IMG/VR virus record: IMGVR_UViG_3300033144_005375
Span: 18,296 to 82,295 of that record
DNA length: 64,000 nt
Direction: 5' to 3' (one strand)
Origin: a virus
The first letter of the stretch is position 1. The number at the start of each line of letters is the position of its first letter. A program made the position numbers and the translations under genes. The notes under the pieces were generated by a model. It saw only the letters and a program-made list of their open reading frames with translations. It had not been told where the DNA came from and made no database searches. Below are positions 1-9,500 of the stretch, piece by piece.

Positions 1-1
1 T

Positions 2-1213
2 CGTGATTCCCGAAGAAATCAGGAAAGCGGTTCCCCAGACGACGAGGTCGTCCTTGAGGATGAAATCCGCGCCTTCGATGAAATCGTTGTTGAGCGGAAC
101 GATGCCGCACCGGATGACTTCCGTGACGTTGATGTTCGCCAGGTAGTCGAAGGTGTCCTGCCAGGTGTTGAAGTAGTACTCGATCGTGACGCTGGCACCG
201 ACCTCGGGTGCGAACGGAAGAGTCACGGCCCGGTTTTGACCATCAACCTCGGTCGGGATGACCTGGATGCCATCCACCCGAACCGTCACTTTTGACGTAT
301 CGGTGGTGGTGATGCCGCCATTGGTGCCATCGACGATGGGACCGTTGAACGTGAAGTAGGTCTGGTTGCGGTTGGTGTCTTGACCCTGCGTGAAGCCCAA
401 GATGACGTTGGAAGAGCCGTCACCCATGAGCAGATCGCGGTCTGCAACGAGTCGAACAGCCGTGAGGCCGAAGTTGTTGGTGTACTCCGAGGCCACCAAG
501 GAGGTGCCCGTAGCAGCACCATTGATCAGCGAGACAATGGTGGCAGCGGTGACAGAGCCCGTGGGGAAGACGGTTGTGACGATCTGCTGAGTAGCCAGCG
601 TCGAGTCAAAGTCCACGGTGACACTGAACTGGTTGGTCTCCGAGGTGAACTCGTACTGGTTGCCGATCGCACCATCGAGGATGGCGCTGATCTGAGTCGT
701 CTGGTTCGACAGGTCATCAGTGACCAGCGTGTCCGTGCGCTTGAAGAAGTACGTGATCCGCACATCGTCCCCAAAATTGGGGGCGGTGCTGATCTCGATG
801 ACTCCAACGTCTGCGCGGGCCACGCTCAGGACCACGTCGGCCTGACCGTTGATCGTGACGAAGATCGAGCTTGGGTCTGTGGCGATGATGCCGGCGCCGT
901 CCCCGTTGGTGATCGGGAAGTTGCGCACCTGGATGCGACGACGCTCACCGTTGAAGTCACCAAGGAGGACCTCACCCGTGTCGGTGATCTGAACGACCGA
1001 ACGGCCGGTCTCGTCTTCTTGTGGGACCTGCTGGTCTACCGAGCTCGATGAGCCACGGATGATCTCGAGGTCTTGCTGTTGGAGAAGCTCATTGCCCGTC
1101 CCGATGAGTACCGGAATGCGTACACCAGCCAGCACCGCAGAGACAGGGCTCTGGAATAGCGTTCTCGTGTAAATTCCTGGTGGCGAATAAATGTTGCCCG
1201 GAAAATCTGCCAT
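2..1213 (-). CDS. Tail sheath-like protein, N-terminal part (runs off the window start)
   Basis: Not in the ORF track; I translated it by hand from the ATG at 1213: MADFPGNIYSPPGIYTRTLFQSPVSAVLAGVRIPVLIGTG..., open to the window edge. The YxxPG(I/V)Y start followed by a beta-strand and xIG is typical of contractile sheath N-termini. GGAG is not evident upstream, but GAGG is. Confidence 0.7.
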   Translation of the reverse strand, partial: MADFPGNIYSPPGIYTRTLFQSPVSAVLAGVRIPVLIGTGNELLQQQDLEIIRGSSSSVDQQVPQEDETGRSVVQITDTGEVLLGDFNGERRRIQVRNFPITNGDGAGIIATDPSSIFVTINGQADVVLSVARADVGVIEISTAPNFGDDVRITYFFKRTDTLVTDDLSNQTTQISAILDGAIGNQYEFTSETNQFSVTVDFDSTLATQQIVTTVFPTGSVTAATIVSLINGAATGTSLVASEYTNNFGLTAVRLVADRDLLMGDGSSNVILGFTQGQDTNRNQTYFTFNGPIVDGTNGGITTTDTSKVTVRVDGIQVIPTEVDGQNRAVTLPFAPEVGASVTIEYYFNTWQDTFDYLANINVTEVIRCGIVPLNNDFIEGADFILKDDLVVWGTAFLISSGIT

Positions 1214-1355
1214 GATGGAGTTACCTCTTCGGTCTTAGGGCGCACGAGTCCAGTGGAGCTCAAAGCCCTGGTTGCAGTCGCTGGTTGCGCTAGAAAAGCG
1301 CTGAGGTTCACATTTGAATCGCGTCCACGTTCGTCTATCGATTTCAATTTGGCCG

Positions 1356-1450
1356 TCTCCCGAAGGAGAGGAATTCTGCTTGGTGCTCCGAGGAGCTGCG
1401 TTTCAATTGGGTCTGTGGATCTAGTTCAATCTGGGTCCTCCCGAAGGAGG
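1356..1450 (-). promoter_or_regulatory. Two C(UUCG)G tetraloop hairpins in the sheath-gene leader
   Basis: Minus strand TCTCC-TTCG-GGAGA (1356-1369) and CCTCC-TTCG-GGAGG (1437-1450), in a 258-bp intergenic region. Confidence 0.6.
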
Positions 1451-1471
1451 CCGGGTGTAGCGACAGCTCCC

Positions 1472-1954
1472 TTAAGAAGCAGCCTCGTCTGGAAGCTCAA
1501 CGGCACCGGCGGACCGGCCGCCCTCTCGCTTCCACTCTTGAATTCGTTGCATCGCCTCTTGGTTCTTGAGGCGCGCTTTCTTCGCGCCGATGCGCTCCTG
1601 CTCCGTCATGACGAAGTACTCGCCACCATCGAGGCGGCTCAGGTTGTCGCCAGTCGTTTCGTTGGCGGTAATCACGCGACGCTTGTAGTCGGATCGTTTT
1701 TGGAACTCGAGCAGGTTGGCCTTGGCGCTTCGGCCGATCACCACATCCACGTCATGATCGACGGAGGTCGCTCCCGTGTTCTGGGGACCTGGGGCACCAG
1801 GCCGATGCGCGAACGTGAAACTCGGAGCCGAAACTGCTCGGGACGCACTTTCACCGCACCTCTTGCAAGGAAGCGTTTCCTTGGCAGCCGTCTTGGACTG
1901 CATCGATCCGAACTGCAAACCACAGTCGGAACAGTGGTACTTGAAAATAGGCAA
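1472..1954 (-). CDS. FmdB-family zinc-ribbon protein
   Basis: MPIFKYHCSDCG...CKRCG...RAVSAPSF matches the FmdB pattern MP.YxYxCxxCG...CxxCG. Confidence 0.75.
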   Translation of the reverse strand: MPIFKYHCSDCGLQFGSMQSKTAAKETLPCKRCGESASRAVSAPSFTFAHRPGAPGPQNTGATSVDHDVDVVIGRSAKANLLEFQKRSDYKRRVITANETTGDNLSRLDGGEYFVMTEQERIGAKKARLKNQEAMQRIQEWKREGGRSAGAVELPDEAAS

Positions 1955-1995
1955 CGCGCGCGGGCTCCGTCTATATGTGCGCCTCTATAGGCCCA

Positions 1996-3232
1996 CTATC
2001 GAAGCATCGGCCCTGTGTTCTTCTTGCCAGAGAACCCAGGCTTGCCTCCGTACCAGGGATCGGAGGTCTGACTCAGACCCAAGTCGGCCATCAGTTTGAT
2101 GTTGTCCTGGATCTGAGCGATCTGCTCGTCCGTCAGGCCACCAATCTGCTCGATGAAGGGAGGCGTGAGAGGAGCTTGGCTCGGCCCCGTAAGATCGAGA
2201 GGAGCTCCTCCGCTCGGTTCGACACCACGGATACAGATCCCGAGCGGTACGTGAATACTCCAGTCGGTCTGGAGCTGGAGACTGAAACTGGCGTTGTAAT
2301 ACCAGTCGTCCGCATTGTCGTCGTAAACCTCTTCCGTCTCCCCACCCATGCTGATCGACAAAATCTCGATCCCGGCCGTCGAAAGTCGAGGACGAGCTTT
2401 CACGTTGAGCCAAAGGGTCCCGAGCGATCACGTCCACGTCCATCGTCAAATCCCAGCGACCCCCGTACTCCATCGCGGAAATCGACCGTTTGCGTTGAAC
2501 CACGACCGCAAGACGGTCTCCCGCCGTGACCCGACGACCAAACGCCAAGATCGCACCCGGGATGGGCTCCGTCAGAGCTCGTTCCTCCATCACCGCCCAT
2601 GGACCTGTGGTCTCACCAGGCACCTTGTAGTCGGCTGAAATGAAATCCTCCTCCGACACGAGATCGTCGAGAAGGGTGATCTCTCCAGTCTCGGCATCGA
2701 CGTTGTAGTTCACCCCTTCGTACAACTGGATGTTTCCGGGCATCCGGTACAACCGAAGCGTCCCGGCCAGGAAACCTCCGTTTTCGAGTTGGTACTGCGT
2801 GTCGTTGATCTTGAGCGGGGTTTCGTCCACGACCTCAAGCAACGGGTCAAGGTAAAACGCCTTGTCCGTGGGGTTCCCGTTCGCATCACAGAAATCCACG
2901 TAGTAGATCCCCGGAGCCGTCGGGAAAATCCCTCCGTTGTTCTGGATCGCGACGCTGTTCTCCTTGACCCACTCGATGGAAAGACCAGGCTTCCCTTCGA
3001 CGTTGGCCAAATAGATGTAGCTATCGACGTGCCCTTGGAAGTTGTCCGCAGCGAGCTGCACCTGGTTGCCGGAACTGTTCTTGAGAACGATGCCGTACTG
3101 CGGGCGCTCGCGGAACGAGTACTTGCCTTCGATGTGATCGACGATGTCCTGGTACCGAGGGTGGTACGACCAGTAGTTACGAAGTTCTTCGATGAAAACG
3201 CGATGAATTTGTTGGGTGAGGAAATAGTACAC
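1996..3232 (-). CDS. Putative virion neck or tail-completion protein, split by a frameshift at about 2403
   Basis: The frame from 3232 is protein-like up to DVIARDPLAQRE and then turns into junk. A second frame (ARPRLSTAGIEILSISMGGE...LQTDWSIHVP) is protein-like from the same point. Located in the structural module. Confidence 0.55.
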
Positions 3233-3277
3233 AGCTCAAAGCCCCCTATAAATTGGGGAGTCCATAGAAGGCTTTGG

Positions 3278-3292
3278 CATAGGACGAAAACC
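3278..3292 (-). promoter_or_regulatory. Putative late promoter motif GGT-N7-CNAT
   Basis: GGTTTTCGTCCTATG, about 45 nt upstream of the 3232 start. The motif recurs at other structural gene boundaries. Confidence 0.5.
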
Positions 3293-3300
3293 GTTTCGCC

Positions 3301-4204
3301 CTACTCGTCGTCCTCGACGTACTCCTGCATGGCCTGCACCAGGAGCCCTCGAGCCACGGCATCCAACGGCTCTTTCGCCGCCCGGACTTCGCTGATCTCG
3401 ATGGGGAACTTTTTACGTTTCTCCTTGAAGACCTCAGTGAAGAATTCGAGGAACCCTCCAGCTTTGCTGGTGCCACCCGACACGACGATGGGGATCGGCT
3501 TGGGCAACGAGAACTTGCCTTGGATCTTCTTGAACTCACTCGCCACGTTGTCGATGGAGTACTCAATCAAGTTCTTGTAGTACATGGCCATCGCCTCCTG
3601 CTCACGCCCCTCGGGACGCATGAGGTTGAGCCCTTTCTCCTTGAGCGTGCACATGCGAGCCTGAGTTGAGTTCACCGACTTCGCAGCACCCCGCGCACTC
3701 GGAGTAGATGATCGCCAACGCCTCGTTGCTCGGGTACGCCTTGTAGCCGCACTCAGTCACGATGCGTTCGAGCACACCACGGTGGTAGACCACGTCGCGA
3801 TCTGGGTCATCGACAGGGGCTGCCGGCACCGAGATGTAGCAGACTTCTTTCTCGCTCTTCGGCGTCCCAAGGACGTGCTTGACGAGGATGCCCAGGATCT
3901 CGAGCGCGTCGATCTCCCCGGCCGCGATGAGACCGGACTGGAGAGGGCGCCGCACTTCTCGGCTGAACATGTTCGCCATGTCGTAGGCGGCATCCCCAAC
4001 GATGACGAGACCGTCATCCGTCTGGACATAGTTGACCCCGCTGAGTTTGAGCATCTTGCGGTGCTCAGCAGGAAGATCGAGGAAAGCATCACGAATACGG
4101 TTCGTGATGACGCCCTCTTTGGTGCGTCGGGCGGCCACGATGTTCATCGTGCCCATATCGAGCCCAACTCCCAGGACCAGCTTTTCACTATCGGTTTCGC
4201 TCAT
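3301..4204 (-). CDS. Actin-fold (MreB/FtsA-like) ATPase, split by an apparent internal deletion and frameshift at about 3690
   Basis: Phosphate-1 loop VGLDMGTMN and connect-1 SNEALA lie in ORF 3602-4204. Adenosine loop IVVSGGTS and connect-2 EPLDAVARG lie in ORF 3301-3675. The phosphate-2 loop is absent. Confidence 0.75.
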
Positions 4205-4929
4205 GACTTCTCCTCGTTCACATTCTTTTTACCGCGCCGTTTGCTTCGCAGTGCACGGAGAGCTGCATCAGCGTCGTCGAGGTCGCCCGCGCCTTCGCTG
4301 GTTTTCTGTTTCACGTCGATCTTGGCCTTGGTGTCCTTGGACACGATGGTCTTCGGAATGAAGACCGGTTCTGCGGGCCCAGAGGACCTGCGTGCGCCAG
4401 GAGCGGCCCCGGTGCCTCCACTGGGCATCCCCACGCGCCGTAGGACGTTCTCCATGGCCGCCTCAAGCTGAGCGGGGTCCACAGGGGCCGGCGCCGCTAG
4501 GGCCTCCTGGGGCGCCGGTGGGACCATCTGAGCAGCCATCTTCCCCATCTCGGCTGCGATGGCGGATTGAAGTCCTGGCAGGAGATCTCCCAATAGCTCG
4601 GCCTTGAGCTTTTCGGTATCCACCTCCTGGACCACCGTCTTCTCAATCACCGTTTCAGTGTGCTTTTCAACCACCGTGTTGGTCAGTGGAGGGTTGTTCT
4701 GTGGACGGCTGTGAGCCACGAACGGAGGAGCGGGACGCCTGGGGTTTTGAGTACCCCGACGGGGCTTGCGACTTACGCGGACATTCCCCTTTCCTTGCTC
4801 CTTGCGAAGATCAACCGAAGCTCGAGCCGAGGCTTCGGACACCCAGCGCTGTTCGCCACGCCGCAAACCGACGATCCCCAGATCGGGGATGTCGCAGGGG
4901 TGGCAACAGATAATCTGGGCTTCGATCAT
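4201..4929 (-). CDS. Hypothetical protein
   Basis: ATG at 4929 overlaps the upstream stop (ATGA); its own stop overlaps the actin-like ATG. Confidence 0.7.
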   Translation of the reverse strand: MIEAQIICCHPCDIPDLGIVGLRRGEQRWVSEASARASVDLRKEQGKGNVRVSRKPRRGTQNPRRPAPPFVAHSRPQNNPPLTNTVVEKHTETVIEKTVVQEVDTEKLKAELLGDLLPGLQSAIAAEMGKMAAQMVPPAPQEALAAPAPVDPAQLEAAMENVLRRVGMPSGGTGAAPGARRSSGPAEPVFIPKTIVSKDTKAKIDVKQKTSEGAGDLDDADAALRALRSKRRGKKNVNEEKS

Positions 4930-5504
4930 GCAATGGGGGTTTTCGTGAGAACCTTCTTGACCTGCTTGGCGAGCATCTTTTTCATCCGGCGTCGGGCCTT
5001 TTCGTACCCACGCCGCACGAACGTGTTTTTCTGGAAACCGGGGTGAATCCACGGTGCTTGGTCTTGGCCTGGGGCCATGCGGTATCCTATGTTACCGGAG
5101 TTGACCACCATGACTCGCTTCCATGCCGGACGGCGTACACCTTTCATTTCAAAGGGTCTACGCCCCTTACCGTCAGAAATGGCACCTGCCACACTGTTGG
5201 CAGGATCGATCTTCGCTTCGTGTTTTGAGTTGAGGTACGTGTCCCAGTCCGAATAGATCTCGACCACGGTGCCTTTGATCTTGTATTTGAACGAATCGAA
5301 AAACCTAACCGAACGTGGAATTCCTTCCGGACTCCCAACCGGAGTCGGCTTGTTCCCCTGTTTCGCAAAATCCTTAGCCGCCTCGTAGACGATGCTCTCC
5401 ACGAGCAGTTTGCCAATCTCGTTCAGGAACGCATCGTCGATAAAATCGTCCGACTCAAGATTCGCCCAAGTTTTGCCCGCAGTTTTCTTGATCCGAAATT
5501 CCAT
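4926..5504 (-). CDS. Putative virion morphogenesis or neck protein
   Basis: The layout (LVESIV...SFKYKI...VEIYS...WIHPG...FVRRGYE) resembles HK97 gp10-like or tail-completion proteins; structural context. Confidence 0.5.
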   Translation of the reverse strand: MEFRIKKTAGKTWANLESDDFIDDAFLNEIGKLLVESIVYEAAKDFAKQGNKPTPVGSPEGIPRSVRFFDSFKYKIKGTVVEIYSDWDTYLNSKHEAKIDPANSVAGAISDGKGRRPFEMKGVRRPAWKRVMVVNSGNIGYRMAPGQDQAPWIHPGFQKNTFVRRGYEKARRRMKKMLAKQVKKVLTKTPIA

Positions 5505-5507
5505 CAG

Positions 5508-5702
5508 CTACTCCACGTTGAAAGTCAGGGTGATAAATTCTGCGGCTGTTGGGGCTTTGCCCGTCACATCAGCTCGCAGCACCCCATCCTCCAGGCGGAG
5601 ATCGCCTTCAACATCTGTGAAACCGTACTCTCGCATCAGCGACATCTCGTCCCACATGTAGTCGGCTGTCGCCGACACGATCTTCTCGTCTCGCTCGTCC
5701 AT
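5508..5702 (-). CDS. Small hypothetical protein
   Basis: 64-aa ORF that fills the gap in the operon. Confidence 0.6.
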   Translation of the reverse strand: MDERDEKIVSATADYMWDEMSLMREYGFTDVEGDLRLEDGVLRADVTGKAPTAAEFITLTFNVE

Positions 5703-5717
5703 GGCTATTACACAACC

Positions 5718-7164
5718 TCAATAGGTTATGTTTTCGTATACTGGGGTGCGGCCTCTTTGCTCGCGCTCGTTGGGGACGTTGTCCTTCTCGGTTTGCATCG
5801 GGGTCTGCTGGTACTGCGCGCCAACAGGGTACGGACCCTCGGGCGGGTACTCGGTTTCCCAACCGCCGCCTTGCACAACGGCAGGGCGTCCACGACATTC
5901 CGGCCAGCAGAGCTCCGTCGTGTCGAACAACGGGATGGTGTACCTGATGTCGTTCTCATCGAAGTACTTCATCTGGAAGTGCTGCTGCATCGCATTGCCG
6001 CGGTTGGACGGCTTGCGAACAGGGCCAATCGAGTAACGCTCGTTGGTCTGCTTCACGATGAAATCACGCATGGAGAGCATCGGGCTTGGACCGGTCCACA
6101 CGTCCTGTGTGTGCTCCACATAGCGCCCAGTGGGACCTTGCTTCACAGCTCGCTCTGCATCATCAGGCGCGACGATGAGATCGTAAGGACCTTCGTAGCC
6201 GCCCACGAACCCGGTGCCGAAGCATACCTTGCAGCGGGAATCCGGCTGCTGCATGAACTCGAGCGTTTTCGGATCTCGGCGACAGAAGCACCGTTCGCCG
6301 CTCGTCTTTTTCACGAAGATCTTGACGCGCTCGCCACCCTGCTCGAGAATCCAGTTGTTGCGGCGCATGGCCTCACGCCAGATGTAGTCGATACGCTCGA
6401 CCGTCCGGTGCGTGATCGGCTCAGTGAAATCGAGAGGGGTCTCGCGGAACCCGGTAGGAGACGCAGGGTCCTGGGCCACCGTCGTGACTCGGTACCAGAC
6501 TTTCTTGTCCAGGTCGGTCCTGACCGCGTTCCGGTTGTAGCGGTAACTGATCGACACCGCACTTTCAGGGCCCGTCGGAAGCGTGGGCTCGATCCAGCGT
6601 TCCGTGGCGAAGTTGTAGCCACGCACGTTGATGAGAGTGATCTCCCCGGTGGGGCCGAACACCGCATGGACGGGCACGATCTTGTTGTCGATGACGAGTT
6701 GCACGTCCATCGGGCTGTTGGCCGCGACGGCTTGACCCGAGTTTTTCACGATCGGCAACTTCGACCTCAGAGTCCACGAACGCGTTGTCCGTGAAATCCC
6801 GGTAGAAGGTGCCACCTACAGGAGCGATGTTGAGGCGCTCGTAGGGGCCTCGTTCCGAGGTGTTACTGCGATAGATGTTGACGCCAAGAACGATGAACTT
6901 GCTGTTCTTGGCCAGAACGGCGGGATTGTCCCAACGAATGTCGAGCGTCCCCGTAAACAGCGGGCTGACGACCTCAGCGTTGATCGGTGGGGCCGGACAT
7001 TCGTTCGGCCCCACCTCCCAGCCGGGGCAGCCAGGACCGAAAGGCCCTAGCGGCGGATCGACGCATGGCGGCACCAACGGAGGATCTGGCGTAGCACATG
7101 AAACCGGCTCCAGCGGATTCGCTTTTGCAGCCCATGGTTCAGATCCCTTGTTGATGCACGTCAT
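5718..7164 (-). CDS. Putative head-closure or neck protein with an FN3-like N-terminus and zinc finger, frameshifted at about 6765
   Basis: ORF 6565-7164 is protein-like up to FVDSEV (LDIRWDNP...GVNIYRS). ORF 5718-6815 is protein-like from KLPIVKNS (CFC...CKVCFGTGFVGGY). Confidence 0.6.
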
Positions 7165-7177
7165 AGTTACCTACTCA

Positions 7178-7600
7178 TCATGAAGACGCGGGAGCGCCTC
7201 CTTGAGTCTGACCCGCCTGGGGCGGGTTGACCAGTCGAACGGTTCCGTCTTGCAACGCAACCCATTGGGTTCCACCTTCCAAACCGAAACGCTTGGAGAT
7301 GGCGTTGATGTGTCCTTGACCCTGCTCGTCGAGTTCGTCAAGTTTCGCGATGACGCGCATCTTGAGAACCTCGTGCTCACCGACCTTGGCGAGGAGCTGT
7401 TGGGACTGCTGCTTGATCGACATCAGCGCCTGTTGCTCTTCGGGGGTCAGCTTGCCCAGAACTCCGGGCATCTGGGCTTGCGCCTCAGCCGCCGGGGTTT
7501 CAGGAGTCTCCGCAGCCGCTGCCTCGGGAGCAGGGGTCTGGGGGGCGGGATCGGTGTTGGAAGTGGTGTCTTGTTCTGTTTCCATTTGAGTCTCCGGCAC
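7178..7600 (-). CDS. Hypothetical coiled-coil protein
   Basis: 140-aa ORF; GGGTAGAGT lies 6 nt before the GTG start. Confidence 0.7.
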   Translation of the reverse strand: MPETQMETEQDTTSNTDPAPQTPAPEAAAAETPETPAAEAQAQMPGVLGKLTPEEQQALMSIKQQSQQLLAKVGEHEVLKMRVIAKLDELDEQGQGHINAISKRFGLEGGTQWVALQDGTVRLVNPPQAGQTQGGAPASS

Positions 7601-7609
7601 GTTCGTACT

Positions 7610-7849
7610 CTACCCACGCCCCATAACTTTGGCGGCTTCGTCTTCGAGCAGGATCCGACGATGGGCCCGAAGATCCGACAAGAAACTGTCGAAGTGGGTG
7701 CCCACCCGGTCGCCCAGGGTGAGGGTCCGAGCGTGTTTGACTACACTGGGGAATTTCTCGAAAGACCAGAACACGTTGCCGTCCTGGTCGGTGTACTGGT
7801 ACATGCGGAGCCCCTTCGTCGAGGATCCTTCTTTCGTGGAATCCGTCAT
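7610..7849 (-). CDS. Hypothetical protein
   Basis: 79-aa ORF with ATGA coupling and a GGAAG RBS. Confidence 0.65.
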   Translation of the reverse strand: MTDSTKEGSSTKGLRMYQYTDQDGNVFWSFEKFPSVVKHARTLTLGDRVGTHFDSFLSDLRAHRRILLEDEAAKVMGRG

Positions 7850-8424
7850 GGTCTTCCACCCTTCTTGGCCTGCGCTTCTTCTCTCTTTTCGTCTTGAAGC
7901 TGTTCGATCATCTCGTCGAGGTCGTCCTCGGTTTTGTCCATCTGGGCGATCTGCTGTTCGATCAAGTCATACGCAGCGTCCGCAACCTGCTCGGGCTTGT
8001 GCGCCTTCTGGGCTTTGGCCATAGCAGCCAAAGACCGCTCGTCAAGGATCTTGGACACCTTTCGCTTGTCGAGGCACTTGCCTTCAAAACGCATGGAACC
8101 GAGGTAACAACCGTCTTTCTGCTTCCTCTTTTTTTTCTTCTTTGACGCAGTTGGGAGCGGCTCTTCACCAGTAGTCGTTGCCTCTACGGAGCCACCATCG
8201 TCGTCAGCAGCCTCGGGGAACCCAAAAAGCTCTTCGCCAGACTCCCCACCGGAAGACATACCGGCAAGCCCTGCTCCAGCCTCATCCTCGTACGCGTCTT
8301 CCGGCTTGTCACCGTCGTCCGATGAAGCCACCACAGCCGCTGCAGTCGGCGAGTCTCTCTCATCGACCTTCGTGCTCTGCGACGAAAGGCAGGAAATCAA
8401 GAGCAGCAAAAAGCTACTGCCCAC
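7846..8424 (-). CDS. Putative lipoprotein with C-terminal coiled coil (possible o-spanin-like)
   Basis: SSFLLLLISC lipobox-like start; overlaps the upstream TM protein gene. Confidence 0.5.
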   Translation of the reverse strand: MGSSFLLLLISCLSSQSTKVDERDSPTAAAVVASSDDGDKPEDAYEDEAGAGLAGMSSGGESGEELFGFPEAADDDGGSVEATTTGEEPLPTASKKKKKRKQKDGCYLGSMRFEGKCLDKRKVSKILDERSLAAMAKAQKAHKPEQVADAAYDLIEQQIAQMDKTEDDLDEMIEQLQDEKREEAQAKKGGRP

Positions 8425-8719
8425 GACGGTCGCGTAGTAGCTTTTTGATCTCATCAATCTTCTCAACCACGTTGTCGAGCTTGCCCTCGAGTCGTACGAG
8501 CGCAAGCGAGTTGTTCTGGACGGAGTCCGTCACATCGGAGAGTTTCATGAAATCCTCCTGGAGTTCCGTGATGCGCTCGTCCTGGATCGCGTTGTTCACC
8601 TCCAGCGTGCCGCCCCAGATGATCAATGGAATGACAAGTGCCGACAGCACCTTCAAGATGATGTCGAGAAACTTCGCTGCGCCGTCTTTTGACGAACTGG
8701 AACTAGAAGAGGAAGGCAT
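8414..8719 (-). CDS. Single-TM coiled-coil protein (holin or i-spanin-like)
   Basis: Hydrophobic segment IILKVLSALVIPLIIWGG followed by a heptad coiled coil. Confidence 0.6.
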   Translation of the reverse strand: MPSSSSSSSSKDGAAKFLDIILKVLSALVIPLIIWGGTLEVNNAIQDERITELQEDFMKLSDVTDSVQNNSLALVRLEGKLDNVVEKIDEIKKLLRDRRGQ

Positions 8720-8759
8720 GGAGAACCCGTGCTCTGGTAAAGGGGACCCTATAGGGCCT

Positions 8760-9149
8760 CTACCGAGCCTTTAGAATGCTAGCCATCAGGTAGCGCGCAG
8801 TGACGCGTGCCACCTTGTTGAGCTCAAGTTCGTCTCCGTCCGTCTTGACCCAGCCTGACTCCTTGAGCGCGTCCACCGCCTGGCGGAAGAACTCGGGGCC
8901 TTCGTTGTGGAAAGGGTAATGGCGGCTGATGTCGCTGCTCATGGTCTCGAGGTTCACCGTGCCTTGGGCAGGGAGATTCTCGAGATACCGTAGAACGATA
9001 CTCTGCGCTTGCTTCATCGAGTCCCCGCCGAAATCGTTGCGGAGATCGGTCCACTCGACGCGACGAGGCTCGAGATCGCCTCTAAGAAATTGCCAGGTTT
9101 GTGGTTCACGAAGTGGCATGGTTGGTCTCCAGTCTGAGGGCCCACTCAA
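8760..9149 (-). CDS. Small winged-helix-like protein with RVxxRYL tail (start uncertain)
   Basis: FRQAVDALKESGWVKTDG resembles a wHTH wing; ends in KVARVTARYL. Confidence 0.55.
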   Translation of the reverse strand: MSGPSDWRPTMPLREPQTWQFLRGDLEPRRVEWTDLRNDFGGDSMKQAQSIVLRYLENLPAQGTVNLETMSSDISRHYPFHNEGPEFFRQAVDALKESGWVKTDGDELELNKVARVTARYLMASILKAR

Positions 9150-9193
9150 GGGGTTGTGATAGGGGTTTCACCGGCACAGCTCAATACGTGAAA

Positions 9194-9427
9194 TTAGAGG
9201 TTTCCCTCAGCGTGTTTGTAGACGGCATCATGACGTTTGCAGGCCGCATCCAGTTCATCCTTGGCGCCCACATCTGGACCACCATGACCGGGACCGCAAT
9301 GGTTCCCGTACCATTGGAAATCAAATCCTTTGGGGACAGCTTCGGTGTAGTCGCACACAAACACACGGACGCTGAACACCACAGCAACTCCGAACGTGGC
9401 CCAAAAAAGCGTCTTGCGACTCCACAC
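9194..9427 (-). CDS. Membrane-anchored or secreted phospholipase A2-like mini-protein
   Basis: Hydrophobic N-terminus, then WYGNHCGPG (Ca-binding loop) and DELDAACKRHDAVY (DxxCxxHD catalytic motif). Confidence 0.65.
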   Translation of the reverse strand: MWSRKTLFWATFGVAVVFSVRVFVCDYTEAVPKGFDFQWYGNHCGPGHGGPDVGAKDELDAACKRHDAVYKHAEGNL

Positions 9428-9500
9428 AAGTTTTTCGCTGTTGAAGCCAACTCTTCATCTGACTCCCGCCGCTCCTCGGCTCCTTTTTGACTGATTTTAG

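Noticed and set aside
1996-7164. Programmed ribosomal frameshifting or stop-codon reassignment as the cause of the split genes
   Set aside because: No slippery sites, conserved sequence is missing at the actin junction, and TAA, TAG and TGA all act as normal stops at coupled gene ends.
8120-8143. T-rich run as a terminator or phase-variable tract
   Set aside because: It encodes the in-frame KKKKKRK stretch of the minus-strand gene and has no preceding hairpin.
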